64,000 bases of DNA from Okamejei kenojei (Eukaryota). The notes beneath the pieces are model-generated. The model was not told where the DNA came from. It saw nothing but the letters and a program-made list of their open reading frames with translations, and did not search any database. Made by a program: the position numbers and the translations under genes. The stretch spans positions 40,424,001 through 40,488,000 of the forward strand of contig CM069149.1 in NCBI GenBank assembly GCA_035221665.1, in the 5' to 3' direction. Position 1 is the first letter of the stretch. Each line of letters opens with the position of its first letter. Shown piece after piece: positions 52,478-63,847 of the stretch.

Positions 52478-53515
52478 AGCAAGGTAACGACTTTTGTTGT
52501 TAACTCTAACAAATGCTTATTTTGGCATTGGTTATAGACTTTCTCCATTATGATGTGACTTAGATTTGACACCATCAGTGACACTAAACAGCTTTGTTTA
52601 ATGCAAGACTGGTTTAACAGTCAATTAAGATTGGCCAGTTTTCATAGGCAAAAATGCAGTCACTAATTTATACTGTCGTACACAAGCGAAATTAAGTGGG
52701 ATGTAAAAAAAAGACACAAATAGAAATATTAACTTAAAAAACCCCAATTAATTTTAAGATTTTAATAATTGTTGATTTTTTAATGTTTTGAGTTCTGAGA
52801 GAGTCCACATTTATAAACTATGTTTAATAATAATAATAAGATATTTTATTGTCATTACACCTAAATGCAACGAGATTTGGTTTGCAACTTCCATCTGATG
52901 TCATAACTTAATCGACAAATAAAATTTAGGTTTAGATACCCCGAGAACAAGGTTTGTAAAACGAACATTAGACCAGTAAAGTCAAAACAGACTAAAGTGC
53001 AGATGTGTCTGTGCGACGTGACCACCCGAGTTTTCAGGGCAATAGAGAGTGCTCAGCAATAAAAATGTCTTGGGATTCCATTAAAACCCGATTCATCTTA
53101 TTCAACAAACTTTAACCTGTTTAAGAACTTTTACAGCAAAAATAGCATTTAAGGATTGGGTTTCATGTCAATTCTCTGCTTCTCTGCTAATTAAGTGCTT
53201 GAGAATTGCCAGTGTATGTACTGTACATAGAGGGTAATGTCCCAATTTCTTTGCATCATTGTTCCTGAAAGACTGATGTGGCTATAGGCTTTGGACATTA
53301 ATAAGTGCATACTATTCAGCTGCCATTACCATCGCAGATTCTAGACCCACAATTTAATTAACTTTAATTAGCTGGTCGGCGTGGACTCGGTGGGCCGAAG
53401 GGCCTGCTTCCGCCACGTATCTCTAAAGTTCATTGCATTCAACTTTGCTAAATATGAGATTAATTATTCTGTGGAGCCTTTCTGGTTTTGCATCACCTTG
53501 TTCTACATTTAACAG

Positions 53516-53700
53516 GCTAATGATGGGGTTTATGCTCAGTTGCGTTTTCCTCTCGATGTGGCTCAGTAACACCTCCACTGCAGCTATGGTGATGTCCATC
53601 GTTGAGGCCGTTCTTCGACAGATCGTGAAGGCAGAGGCGGTGACCGATGCGGCTCACAACACGATGAATGGATTCACAAACCAGGCCTTGGAAGTGAATG
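53516..53700 (+). CDS. SLC13A1: SLC13A1-like exon 4 (first SNT motif)
   Basis: aacag|G...G|gtgaga; LMMGFMLSCVFLSMWLSNTSTAAMVMSIVEAVLRQIVKAEA...NGFTNQALEVN. Confidence 0.92.
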
Positions 53701-53820
53701 GTGAGATGTGAGAGAGAGAGCACGCTCAGTTTGGTGCTCAAGTTATCTTACTTCTTTTAGTTATTTGGTTTGATCTCTACACCTACATTCACGCTGCCTC
53801 TGTTACCCTTTAAATCAAAG

Positions 53821-53941
53821 AGAAAGATGAAGAAGTGATGAAGAAGTTGGAAGAAAAAGAACAAGTCGAACTTGAGTGGCGTACAAAGGAATTAGTAAAG
53901 GAAAATGAACGGATGAAGGAAAAAAACAAAGAGATGAATGG
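53821..53941 (+). CDS. SLC13A1: SLC13A1-like candidate exon 5 (charged loop)
   Basis: tcaaag|AG...GG|gtagtg; open frame EKDEEVMKKLEEKEQVELEWRTKELVKENERMKEKNKEMNG; phase 1 to 2. Confidence 0.7.
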
Positions 53942-55242
53942 GTAGTGTATTAAACAAAAATTATTACTATGTGGTCAGCTCACACGTTGTTCCTTTCCTA
54001 TCTTATGTGAGCTGATTAATTTCCTTATTCACAATGCAAAGTTTACAGGACAACCCAATATGATAGAGTGGACGTGGAGAGGATGTTTCCACTGGTGGGA
54101 GAGTCTAGGACCCGAGGCCATAGCCTCAGAATTAAAGGACCCACCTTCAGAAAGGAGCTGAAGATGAATTTCTTCAGTCAGAGGGTGGTGAATCTGTGGA
54201 ATTCATTGCCACAGAAGGTTGTGGAGGCCAAGTCAATTGATATTTTTAAAGCAGAGATTGATGGATTCTGGATTAGTACAGGTGTCAGGGGTTATGGGGA
54301 GAAGACAGGAAGATGGGGTTGAAAGGGAAAGATAGATCAACCATGATTGAATGGCCGAGTAGACTTGATGGGCCGAATGGCCTAATTCTGCTCCTATAAC
54401 ATGATTGCTAATATTTTGAAGAGCAGTTAATTTATGAAAATTCTGAAAGTCATTTTGAGTTGATGACTTAGCTCCTACATCCTGTAAACCAGTCGCAAGG
54501 GATATCAAGGGTTTAGATGGCTGCGAACCCGGACTGCCAACCTGGTCAGCATGGATAGGTTGGGCTGAAGTGCCTGTGCTCGTTTGATGCGATGATGATA
54601 TTACTTAGGCTGTTGGAACTGGTCTTCATGCTGTTTCCTGTTCAGACCAGGTGAAGTTTATTGAATACGCTAGTTCACACTGTTCACGGCTCTGATGTTT
54701 GCTGCAAGTGTCGCTTACAAGCAGTTAATTTGCTTGTTGAAGTTGTCTGTAATTTTATTTCATGGGTTGATTCCACTTAAAGGTAGGATTTTCTCATCAT
54801 GTTTGTCTATTTCATTAAAATGTGACTGAAAGTTTCGCTTTGATAGAGAAAGATAAAACTGATATTGAACTTTCTTCAGCAGTAGTGTCATTAATATAAG
54901 TACGTGGGTGGCACAGTGGTGGAGCGGTAGAGTTGTTGCCTCACAGCGCCAGGGCCTGGATTCCATCCTGACTGCAGGTGCTGTCTGGATGGAGTTTGTG
55001 CGTTCTCCCTGTGACTGTGTGGGTTTTCTCCGGGTGTTCCAGTTTCCTCCCACATTCGAAAGTCGTGCAGATTTGTAAGTTAATTGACTTCTGTGCATTG
55101 TCACTAGTGTGTGGGATAGAACTAGTGTATGGGTATGGTATGGTACTTTATTTGATCACTTGGTGATCATTGGTCGGATTCGGTAGGCCGAAGGGACTGT
55201 TTTCATGCTGCATCTCTAAACTAAACTAAACTAAATTAAAGG

Positions 55243-55826
55243 ATTGGGTGAGATCAAACGTAGACTGGGCGATCATTTGACACCTTCGTTCTGTCCATCT
55301 GGACCTAACTGATCTCCTGTCTTCTAAGCATTTTAACTCCCCCTCCCATTCCCACACTGACCTTTCCGTCCTGGGCCTCCTCCACTGTCAGAGTGAGGCC
55401 AAACGCAAATTGTAGGAACAGCGCCTCATATTTCGCTTGGGCAGCTTACACCCCAGTGGTATGAATATTGATTCCTCTAACCAAGTAACCCTTGTATCCC
55501 CCCCCCTCTCTCCATCCCTCCCCCACCCAAGTCGTATCAGCTTCAAAGTTGTTTTGTTGAGTCTCATTATCTGTAACTCATTCCTATCTAGCTCACAGCT
55601 AACGATGGCCTGTTTCCTTTATCATCGTCACGTTTTTGTATATCTTTCATTCATTTGTTCCATATCTCTTTACATCTCCGTCTATATCCCTGCTGTTCAT
55701 CATTGTTTCCCTCTCCCCTGACTCACAGTCTGAAGAAGGGTCTCGAACCGAAACGTCACCTATTCCTTTTCCCCAGAGATGCTGTTCGACCCACTGAGTT
55801 ACTCCAACTCTTTTGCGTCTATCTTC
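55243..55826 (+). mobile_element. Penelope-like 3' fragment (endonuclease C-terminus plus terminal repeat, hammerhead core 55730-55757)
   Basis: IGEIKRRLGDH...HFNSPSHSHTDLSVLGLLHC...LIFRLGSLHPSGMNID, then CTGAAGAAGGGTCTCGAACCGAAACGTC. Confidence 0.85.
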
Positions 55827-56122
55827 TAATTAAGGATTGCTCTGATGTGCGGAACAAATAATGTGAGCCGAAGTGCCTGTTCCTGTGTTGAACTGTTCTA
55901 TGCTCTGTGACAAATAACAGGCTGCGCATGATGAGAACCTGTGATTCAAATCCTTTCAGAAGACAAAATAAAATGCGCAAATAAGCGTTTCAATGTTGCG
56001 ATGAGTTTTCACTATATCTGCGAATACCACAAAGTGCAAACGACCTCGCCGATCGCGGTTCTAGCAGATTGACTTCACAATTGATGATGTTATCATCCTC
56101 TGATACATTTGTCTCATAACAG

Positions 56123-56159
56123 CCTAATCAAGAGCAATGATCACAGTCAGGAGAAAATG
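56123..56159 (+). CDS. SLC13A1: SLC13A1-like candidate exon 6
   Basis: taacag|C CTA ATC AAG AGC AAT GAT CAC AGT CAG GAG AAA ATG|gtttgc; phase 2 to 0 bridges exons 5 and 7. Little motif support. Confidence 0.5.
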
Positions 56160-57139
56160 GTTTGCAATGATTCACTGTAACTAGTCTGCAAGCCAAACGA
56201 CATTTGAGTTTACATTGTAAAATTGCTGCTTTGACATGCGTGTCAGATTTTAATTGCGACTCAAATGTGCTGCTATCGAAGATTACATACTATGCCCTTC
56301 ACATTTCAATTGTAGCATGAGTCATAAATTATAGGGCAATACATTAAGATAGACGTTCGAAAAATGTGAAGGAATTTGCATATTTAGTGGTTTAATAATT
56401 TGTCTACAATGCCTTTCACTATCCCCTTCCATAGTCTTATGTGACTTTATTCAATGGAAAGATGCATTAGTTTGGCTTTGGTTCAGTTTAGCAACGTAAC
56501 ACGGAAATTTGCCTTTTTGGCCCATTGAGTCCATGTTGACCATCGATCACCCATTCACACTAGTTCTATGTTATCTCATTTTTACATCCACTTAGGTTAA
56601 GTTTGGTTTGGTCTACTTGGGTTTGGTTTGGTTCAGTTTAACAAAGCAGCACAGAAATTGGCCCTCTCATCCCACTGAGTCCATGCCCAACATCGATCAC
56701 TGGTTCACACGCGTTCTATGTTATCCCACTTTCTCATCCACTTCCGACACACTGGGGGCAATTTTTGCAGCAGCCAATTAATTCACGGACCTGCACGTCT
56801 TTGAGGTGGGAGGAAAGTAGAACACCCAGAGGAAACCCAAGTAGTCACAGGGAGAATGTGCAAACTCCACACGGACAGCACCCAAGGTCAGGGTCGAACC
56901 CGTGTCTCTGGTGCTGTGAGGCAGCAGCTGTGCCAAGATACCACCCATAATTCCAGTTATAGTTTGGATGTCAATTTAATTCCAATTACACTTGCTTTAA
57001 CTTTCTCTAAGAACCCATTTGGGAGGTCAAAGGTTCATGCTCAAGGAGCACTTAGGCCATTTGGCACATCTTTCCCTCTCAACCCTATTCTCCTGCCTTC
57101 CCCCCATAACTCCTGACAGGCGTATTAATCCAACATTGA

Positions 57140-57947
57140 AACATAGACATAGAAACATAGAAAATAGGTGCAGGAGTAGGCCATTCGGCCCTTCGAGCCT
57201 GCACCGCCATTCAATATGATCATGGCTGATCATTCAACTCAGTACCTGCCTTCTCTCCATATCCTCTGATCTCTTTAGCCACAAGGGCCACATCTAACTC
57301 CCTCTTAAATATAGCCAATGAACTGGCCTCAACTACCTTCTATGGCAGAGAATTCCAGAGACTCACCACTCTCTGTGTGAAAAATGTTTTCCTCATCTCG
57401 GACCTAAAGGAATTCCCCCTTATCCTTAAACTGTGACCCCTTGTTCTGGACCTCCCCAACATCGGAAACAATCTTCCTGCATCTAGCCTGCCCAACCCCT
57501 TAAGAATTTTGTACGTTTCTATAAGATCCCCCCCTCAATCTTCTAAATTCTAGCGAGTACAAGCCGAGTATATCCAGTCTTTCCTCAAATGAAAGTCCTG
57601 ACATCCCAGGAATCAGTCTGGTGAAACTTCTCTGTACCCCCTCTATGGCAAGAATGTTTTTCCTCAGATTTGGAGACCAAAACTGTACGCAATAATCCAG
57701 GGGTGGTCTCACCAAAACCCTGTACAACTGCAGTAGAACCTCCCTGCTCCTATACTCAAATCCTTTTGCTATGAATGCCAACATACCATTAGCTTTCTTC
57801 TCCGCCTGCTGCACCTGCATGCCTACTTTCAATGACTGGTGTACAATGACACCCAGGTCTTGTTGCAGCTCCCCTTTTCCTAATCGGCCACCATTCAGAT
57901 AATAGTCTACCCTCCTGTTTTTGCCACCAAAGTGGATAACCTCACAC
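57140..57947 (-). mobile_element. CR1-type LINE fragment
   Basis: CEVIHFGGKNRRVDYYLNG...DLGVIVHQSLK...[23 protein letters not shown]. Confidence 0.9.
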
Positions 57948-59186
57948 ATGTGTCAATCTCTGCCCTAAAAAGCATGAAGCTGCAATTTCTTATAGTTTCA
58001 TAGCTTCTTTTACCCAGCATCCATGCATACTCTAACTAGAACTCGGCCTCAATAGGACAAGCTAATGCTAGACACAGTCAGCCCAATCTGCCATTTGCAT
58101 TACCACCTGGCCTGTGCAAAAGTTATCAATCGGTCTACTGACACGTTAGTAGTTTAGTTTGGTTTAGAGAAACATTGTGGAAACAGGCCCTTCGGCCCAC
58201 CGAGTCCGCACCTACCAGCAATCCCCGCATATAAACACAACCTTACGCACACTAGGGACAATTTACATTTACTCCTAGCCAATTAAGCTACAAATCTGTA
58301 CATCTTTGGAGCGTGGGAGATCTCGGACTCCATATAGACAGCACCTGTAGTTGGGATCGAACGCGCGCTGCAAGGCAGCAACTCTACCGCTGCGCCACCG
58401 TGCCTCTCTAAAAAGTACCTGGAATGTTAACTGTGTTTCTTTCTCCACCAATGCCACCTGACATGCTGATTATTTCCTGAATTATTTTGTTTTAATTTCT
58501 GCATTTGCAGTAGATGTCTCACTGATTGTGTTTGGCTGCCCAGTCATTCTATTGGTGAAGATATTCAAGAATGCAAAATCGAATCAGAAGAGGTAACTAA
58601 TTTTCCTAATAACACTTGCTTAACTTGAATTACAATCCCAATCCTCTGTTTTGCTGTCAGTCTTAAGAATTCTACCATTTTGGCTGTGAAGTTGTAAACT
58701 TGCAAGTTTAATTTCTTTCTTGGCATCAGATTTCTTCCATAATTAAGCATTCCCTTCTGCCCTGAGATTGTTCAATATGGAACATTGGTTCACTCGATTG
58801 CTCAGTCTTCTGAAATGAACTTGAATTTTGGCAAACTATTCGAATATAGTTGTATAATGGTTGCTTCAAGATTTGTGTAGTTCTGAGATACAACACGGAA
58901 ATAGGCCCTTCGGCACACTGAGTCCACATTGACTAGCGATCACCTCGCACACTATCACTATCTTACACACTGGTGGGAAAAATGTACAATTTTTACCGGT
59001 CAATTTGCCTTCAAACCTGTACATCTTTGGAATGTGGGAGGATGCGGGAGATCCCGGAGAAAACCCAGGCGGGTCGCGGGGAGAGCGCACAAACTCCATA
59101 CAGACAGCACTTGTAGACAGGATTGAACCCGGGACTCTGGCTCTGTGAGGCAGCAACACTAATGCTGTGCCGCCGTGCCCCTATAA

Positions 59187-59577
59187 AGCCCCTGTCCCAC
59201 TTAGGAGACCTAAACAGCAACCTCTGGTGACCTTGCCCTCCACCCAAGATTTCCATAAAGTCACCGGAGGTTTTGGTCACTCTCCCTAATGGTCGAAAGT
59301 GGTTTCTGCATGGTCGAGGCTTCATCTAGGTCGCTGCTATTTTTTCAGCATGTTTAAAACCGGCCTCGACTAAAAATAGGTTGCCGTTTTAAAAATCGAT
59401 CAATTTTTTAGTCGCAGGTCTTGTCGAAGCCACTTTTCTTCATAGTTGAGGAAGGTTTTCAACATATGCGTGGGAGGTGGTAGGAGGTTGCAGGTTACCT
59501 CGACCTTGATTTTCTTTTTGGGTGACGGGCAAGGTCACCAGAGGTTGCTGTTTAGGTCTCCTAAGTGGGACAGGGGC
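59187..59577. mobile_element. PIF/Harbinger-like MITE with 51-bp perfect TIRs
   Basis: GCCCCTGTCCCACTTAGGAGACCTAAACAGCAACCTCTGGTGACCTTGCCC (59188-59238) is exactly inverted at 59527-59577; TAA on the left flank. Confidence 0.88.
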
Positions 59578-59765
59578 GTCACCACCTACAGTCCATTTGT
59601 ACAAATTCCAGTACTAATAGAGTAGAGAAGTCTGTTTTTATCGTTTCTCGCCAGTGCAGAAAAATGTAAAGCACTTAAGACATTTGGGATCTTCTGACCA
59701 TTGCACCAGCATGGTTTAACTAACCCATCACAGATCTGAAGCCATCCCTGCTCCATTTTTCCAAG

Positions 59766-60195
59766 TGTGTAGGAAAGAACTGCAGATGCTGGTTTAAATT
59801 GAAGATAGACACAAAATGCTGGAGTCATTCAACGGGCCAGGCAGTCTCTCTGGAGAGAAGGAATGGGTGACATTTCGGGTCGAGACCCTTCTTCAGGCTG
59901 ATGTCAGCGAAGTTGGGGGTACATAGGTAAGGAAGTGTAAGATGTGAAAACACGATAAAGGGAATGGAGATCAAGGAAAATGTAGAATAGATGATTGTTA
60001 GTTGGGAGAAGTTGAAACAACAAAGCAAACAGATAAAATATAGTCAGAGACAGTAAGACTAGTCAGAGAACTGGGAAGGGGGAGGGGATGGAGAATGAGG
60101 GAAAGCAAGGGTTACTTGAAGTTAGAGCTGGGTTGTAAGCTGCCCAAACAAAATATGAGATGGTGTTCCTCCAATTTGCGCTGGGCCTCACTCTT
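59766..60195 (-). mobile_element. Penelope-like 3' fragment
   Basis: Reverse complement matches the 55243-55826 copy, including the hammerhead-like motif at about 59868-59897. Confidence 0.8.
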
Positions 60196-61010
60196 CCAAA
60201 TGTTATGTTGATGGAAGAAGCGGACTTAATCACTGCAAACCATTGTCTTCTCGATCATCTGTTCTATCCATAAAACAGTACCATTGACATAACGTATAGA
60301 AAACACAGCAAAAATACCCAAAGGTGCAGGGTAAAAATGTAAAGCACTGAGCACTGAAGGCTGGAATTGCAGGAATGGAGAATTTTCAGGGAAGTTTAGT
60401 TTTAGAATACAAGTCAGAAAGAATCCTAAGACAATACATGATTGCAATGAAACCATCCACATTGTATAGACACAGGATAAAGGGTCTAACGTTTGGTGAT
60501 TAAGACATGCTGCTGTTGGAGTAGGGGTTTAAAAGAGTGGAGCGATTGTAACGAAGTGATTGCAGATCCACGTCTGGGACCAGCGCGCAGAGAGTAACTT
60601 GCCTTAGGTGCCATCTTGTCCAGCTTCAGTGTTTCAGTCTTTCTTCTTTGCAGAATTCTCCCTCTTATTTTGGTGCCTCAATCGAAAACACACCCTGCAT
60701 TTATCTGATTGTTGACATAAATTAAAAATGATTGCAATTTGTAAATCATAAAACAATTGTATTTGGAACTGTACTCGGATCTGATGATAAAGCACAGACA
60801 CCAAAATCCTATACTTCCAGAGATGTGTGGTGCTTCCGTCACCGTTCCCGTTGGAAACCCGCGCCACTGCTCCGCTAATGTGTTCAACGATGGTGAATGA
60901 ATGAACGAACTGTGGCCTGCTGTCTTCCCACATCCAGGTGCCACATGGAGTGTAAAATGTATCAGAATATTTCCCAATGATACTCTAGTGGGTTTTTTTT
61001 TCTCCAATAG

Positions 61011-61165
61011 GCTGCAAAAGAAGGTGTGAGCAAATATAAAAGTGAGAAAGATAGTAACTTATGCAAAGGAATCTGTCTCTGCATTGCTTACTCTTCCACT
61101 ATCGGAGGATTAACTACAATCACTGGCACCTCCACTAACCTTATTTTTGCTGAGGAATTCAACAT
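61011..61165 (+). CDS. SLC13A1: SLC13A1-like exon 7
   Basis: caatag|GCT...AT|gtgagt; AAKEGVSKYKSEKDSNLCKGICLCIAYSSTIGGLTTITGTSTNLIFAEEFN. Confidence 0.93.
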
Positions 61166-62113
61166 GTGAGTATTTCGCACCATTTTATATATATTTATTG
61201 AACTTGCCCAGTGAATTCTGTCTCCTTTCCTATTACAGTTTAGTAAAACTCATTAAGATGCAGTTAGTGGATTGAAATAGTAGTCTGCCTGCTTTGTGTA
61301 CTGTATATGGTGAGGGCAAAGGACACAGTAAATGGCAAGACTCTGAACAGCATTTTCCCAACTCCTGACATCAAGTTAACTGGTCTATAGTTCCATTTTC
61401 TCTCTCCTTCTAAAAAAAAATAAAACACATGTTACCTTAAAATCAATGATCAATGGAATTTAGGAAGATGATAACTAAGCTCTGAAGTATTGAGTCCAGA
61501 AGTTGGGAGGTCATGTTGCAGCTGTATAAGACATTGGTGAGGCTGCATTTGGAGTATTGTGTTCAGTTCTGGGCACCATGTTATAGGAAAGATGTTGTCA
61601 AGCTGGAAGAGGGTGCAGAGAAGATACACACGGATGTTTCCAGGACTCGAGGGCCAGAGCTATGAGGTAGAACAGGCTGGGACTCTAGTCCTTGGAGTGC
61701 AGGAGGATGAGGGGTGATCATATAGAGGTGTACGATATCATGAGAGGAATAGATAGGGTGGGTGTGGGCAGGTTGAGCCGAAGGGCTTGTTTCCACGCTG
61801 TATGACTCTATGACTCCATGCATGCACTGTCTCTGGGGTAAATGAAAAAAAAAAAAAAAAATTGGGAATGGTGGATATCTGAAAGTTAAACAAAAAAAAC
61901 AGAAAATGCTGGGAACACTCAACAGACCAGGCAGCATCTGTGTAAAAAGGAACACGGTTAACAGTTCAGGTTGAATTTTTTGACTTACCTGATGAAATGT
62001 TAAATCGGTTCCTTCTTCCACGGATGTGCTGATTGCCCCATAATCTTCTGTATTTGTTGTTATCTCCACAGCCAGCTTTTTCCAAAATCTTGGCTCACAG
62101 GTTATTAGCTGGT

Positions 62114-62303
62114 AGACAAAAGTGCTTGAGAAACTCAGCGGGTGCAGCAGCATCTATGGAGCGAAGGAAATAGGCAATGTTTCGGGCCCGAAAAGGTTGC
62201 CTATTTCCTTCGCTCCATAGATGCTGCTGCACCCGCTGATTTTTTTTTCTGGCACTTTTGTCTACCTTCAATTTTCCAGCTTCTGCAGTTCCTTCTTAAA
62301 CAA
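62114..62303. mobile_element. Fold-back Penelope terminal-repeat element with 13-bp TSD
   Basis: GTTATTAGCTGGT duplicated at 62101-13 and 62304-16; inverted arms around 62185. Confidence 0.8.
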
Positions 62304-62905
62304 GTTATTAGCTGGTGGGAATTTATCTGATGCCAATTCTGTTAATTTCTCTCATCTTTGCCTGTAAACTACCCACATTCTGTTTTGTTAATGTATTTGT
62401 TTTTATCTGCAAATGGTATTGAAGTCTGTTTTTTTAATAATTGTACCAGAAATAGTCAGATCAAGTGAGTCACAAATTCACAGGTTATAGTAGTAGAATT
62501 AGGCCAATCGGCCCATTGAGTCTACTCCGCCATTCAATCATGGCCGATCTCTGCCTCCTAATCCCATTTTCCTGCCTTCTCCCCCAATAACCCTTGCCAC
62601 CCGTTCTAATCGCGAATTTGTCTATCTCTGCCTTAAAAATATCCACTGACTTGGCCTCCACAGTCATCTGGGGCAATGAGTTCCACAGATTAACTACCCT
62701 CTGACTACAGAAGTTCCTTCTCACCTCTTTAATTCTGTGCCCTTTAATTCTGAGTGTGACCTCTGGTCCTAGACTCTCCCACCAGTGAACAAATCCTTTC
62801 CACATTCACTCTATCTGTGCCTTTTATTATTCAGTCAGTTGAGATTTGTAAAATTTTGTTTGAAATGAATAAGCAACCTTTTCCATAATATCATGTCTCA
62901 CTTAG

Positions 62906-63025
62906 GCACTACCCCAAATGCCACTGTATAAACTTTGGGTCTTGGTTCATTCTAGTCTTCCCGAAGACTGTGATCATTGTGGTTTTATCTTGGGTCTGGC
63001 TGCACGTGCTTTACTTTGGATTCAA
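62906..63025 (+). CDS. SLC13A1: SLC13A1-like exon 8
   Basis: cttag|G...AA|gtaagt; HYPKCHCINFGSWFILVFPKTVIIVVLSWVWLHVLYFGF, 120 nt. Confidence 0.92.
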
Positions 63026-63847
63026 GTAAGTAATCTGTTGACATTTTCACAGTCACTCCCAAAGAAGTAACATCTGCTCTTAGTTTCTTGTGCTCATAAA
63101 TTCTAGTAGTTAGAATCAATGATAGTCTGATGGTTTCCATTGGGGTAGTTCAGGACATCACTCTAGTTGTGGTAGGAAGGTTCTGTTCCCTGATAACAGC
63201 TGGGAAGAAACTTGATGGGCCGAATGGCCTAATGCTGCGCCTAAGGCTTATGAACATGAACTTTCTGTTTCTTTGTTCCATCGAGCGAAGAAACAGAAAG
63301 TTCATAAGTGATAGGAGCAGAATTAGGCCATTCAGCCCATCAGTCTACTCTGGCATTCAATCATGCCTGATCTTATCCCTCTCAACCCCATTCTCCTGCC
63401 TTCCCCCCGTAACCCGTGACACATTGTCTGAGGAAGGGGGAAAATCTAATCGCACATGGACCATAATATTAGCACATCAATGCTCTTCCATGTGGATTAT
63501 TAGCATTAATTTCCAGTCTATGGAATCTAAGCAGTTTCAAACTGTGGCATTGCTGGCAGAACTGCTGTCTCACAGCGCCAGAGACCTGGGTTCAATCCTG
63601 ACCTCAGGTTCTGTCCGTGTGGAGTTTGCGCATCTTCCCTCTAATCACTTGGGTTTCCTTTAGGTGCTCCGGTTTGTAGGTTAATTGGCCACTGTAAATT
63701 GCCTCTAGTGTGTAGGGAGTGGATGTGAATGTGGGATAACATAGAACTAGTATGAAGGGGTGATGCGTGGTTGCCGTGGGCTCTGCGCTGAAGGGCCTGT
63801 TTTCATGCTGTATCTTTCGGTTCAATTCAATTAAAAAAATAATCATT

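Larger units (their letters stand above)
48835..63025 (+). pseudogene. SLC13A1: SLC13A1-like Na+/sulfate cotransporter, probable pseudogene (continues beyond window)
   Basis: Exons 1, 2 and 4-8 recognisable by SLC13 motifs (FWLTEA.PL, LSMWLSNTSTAAM, CIAYSSTIGGLTTITGTSTNLIF, NFGSWF). Exon 2 carries a +1 insertion and no exon 3 is recognisable. Closer to SLC13A1 than SLC13A4 by recalled sequence. Confidence 0.75.

Noticed and set aside
52681-52695. CACAAGCGA (HKR) as a remnant of SLC13A1 exon 3
   Set aside because: Flanks do not encode EKWNL or IAL and there are no suitable splice sites.
61581-63663. 190-aa and 177-aa ORFs
   Set aside because: Mosaics of LINE, SINE and Penelope fragments.
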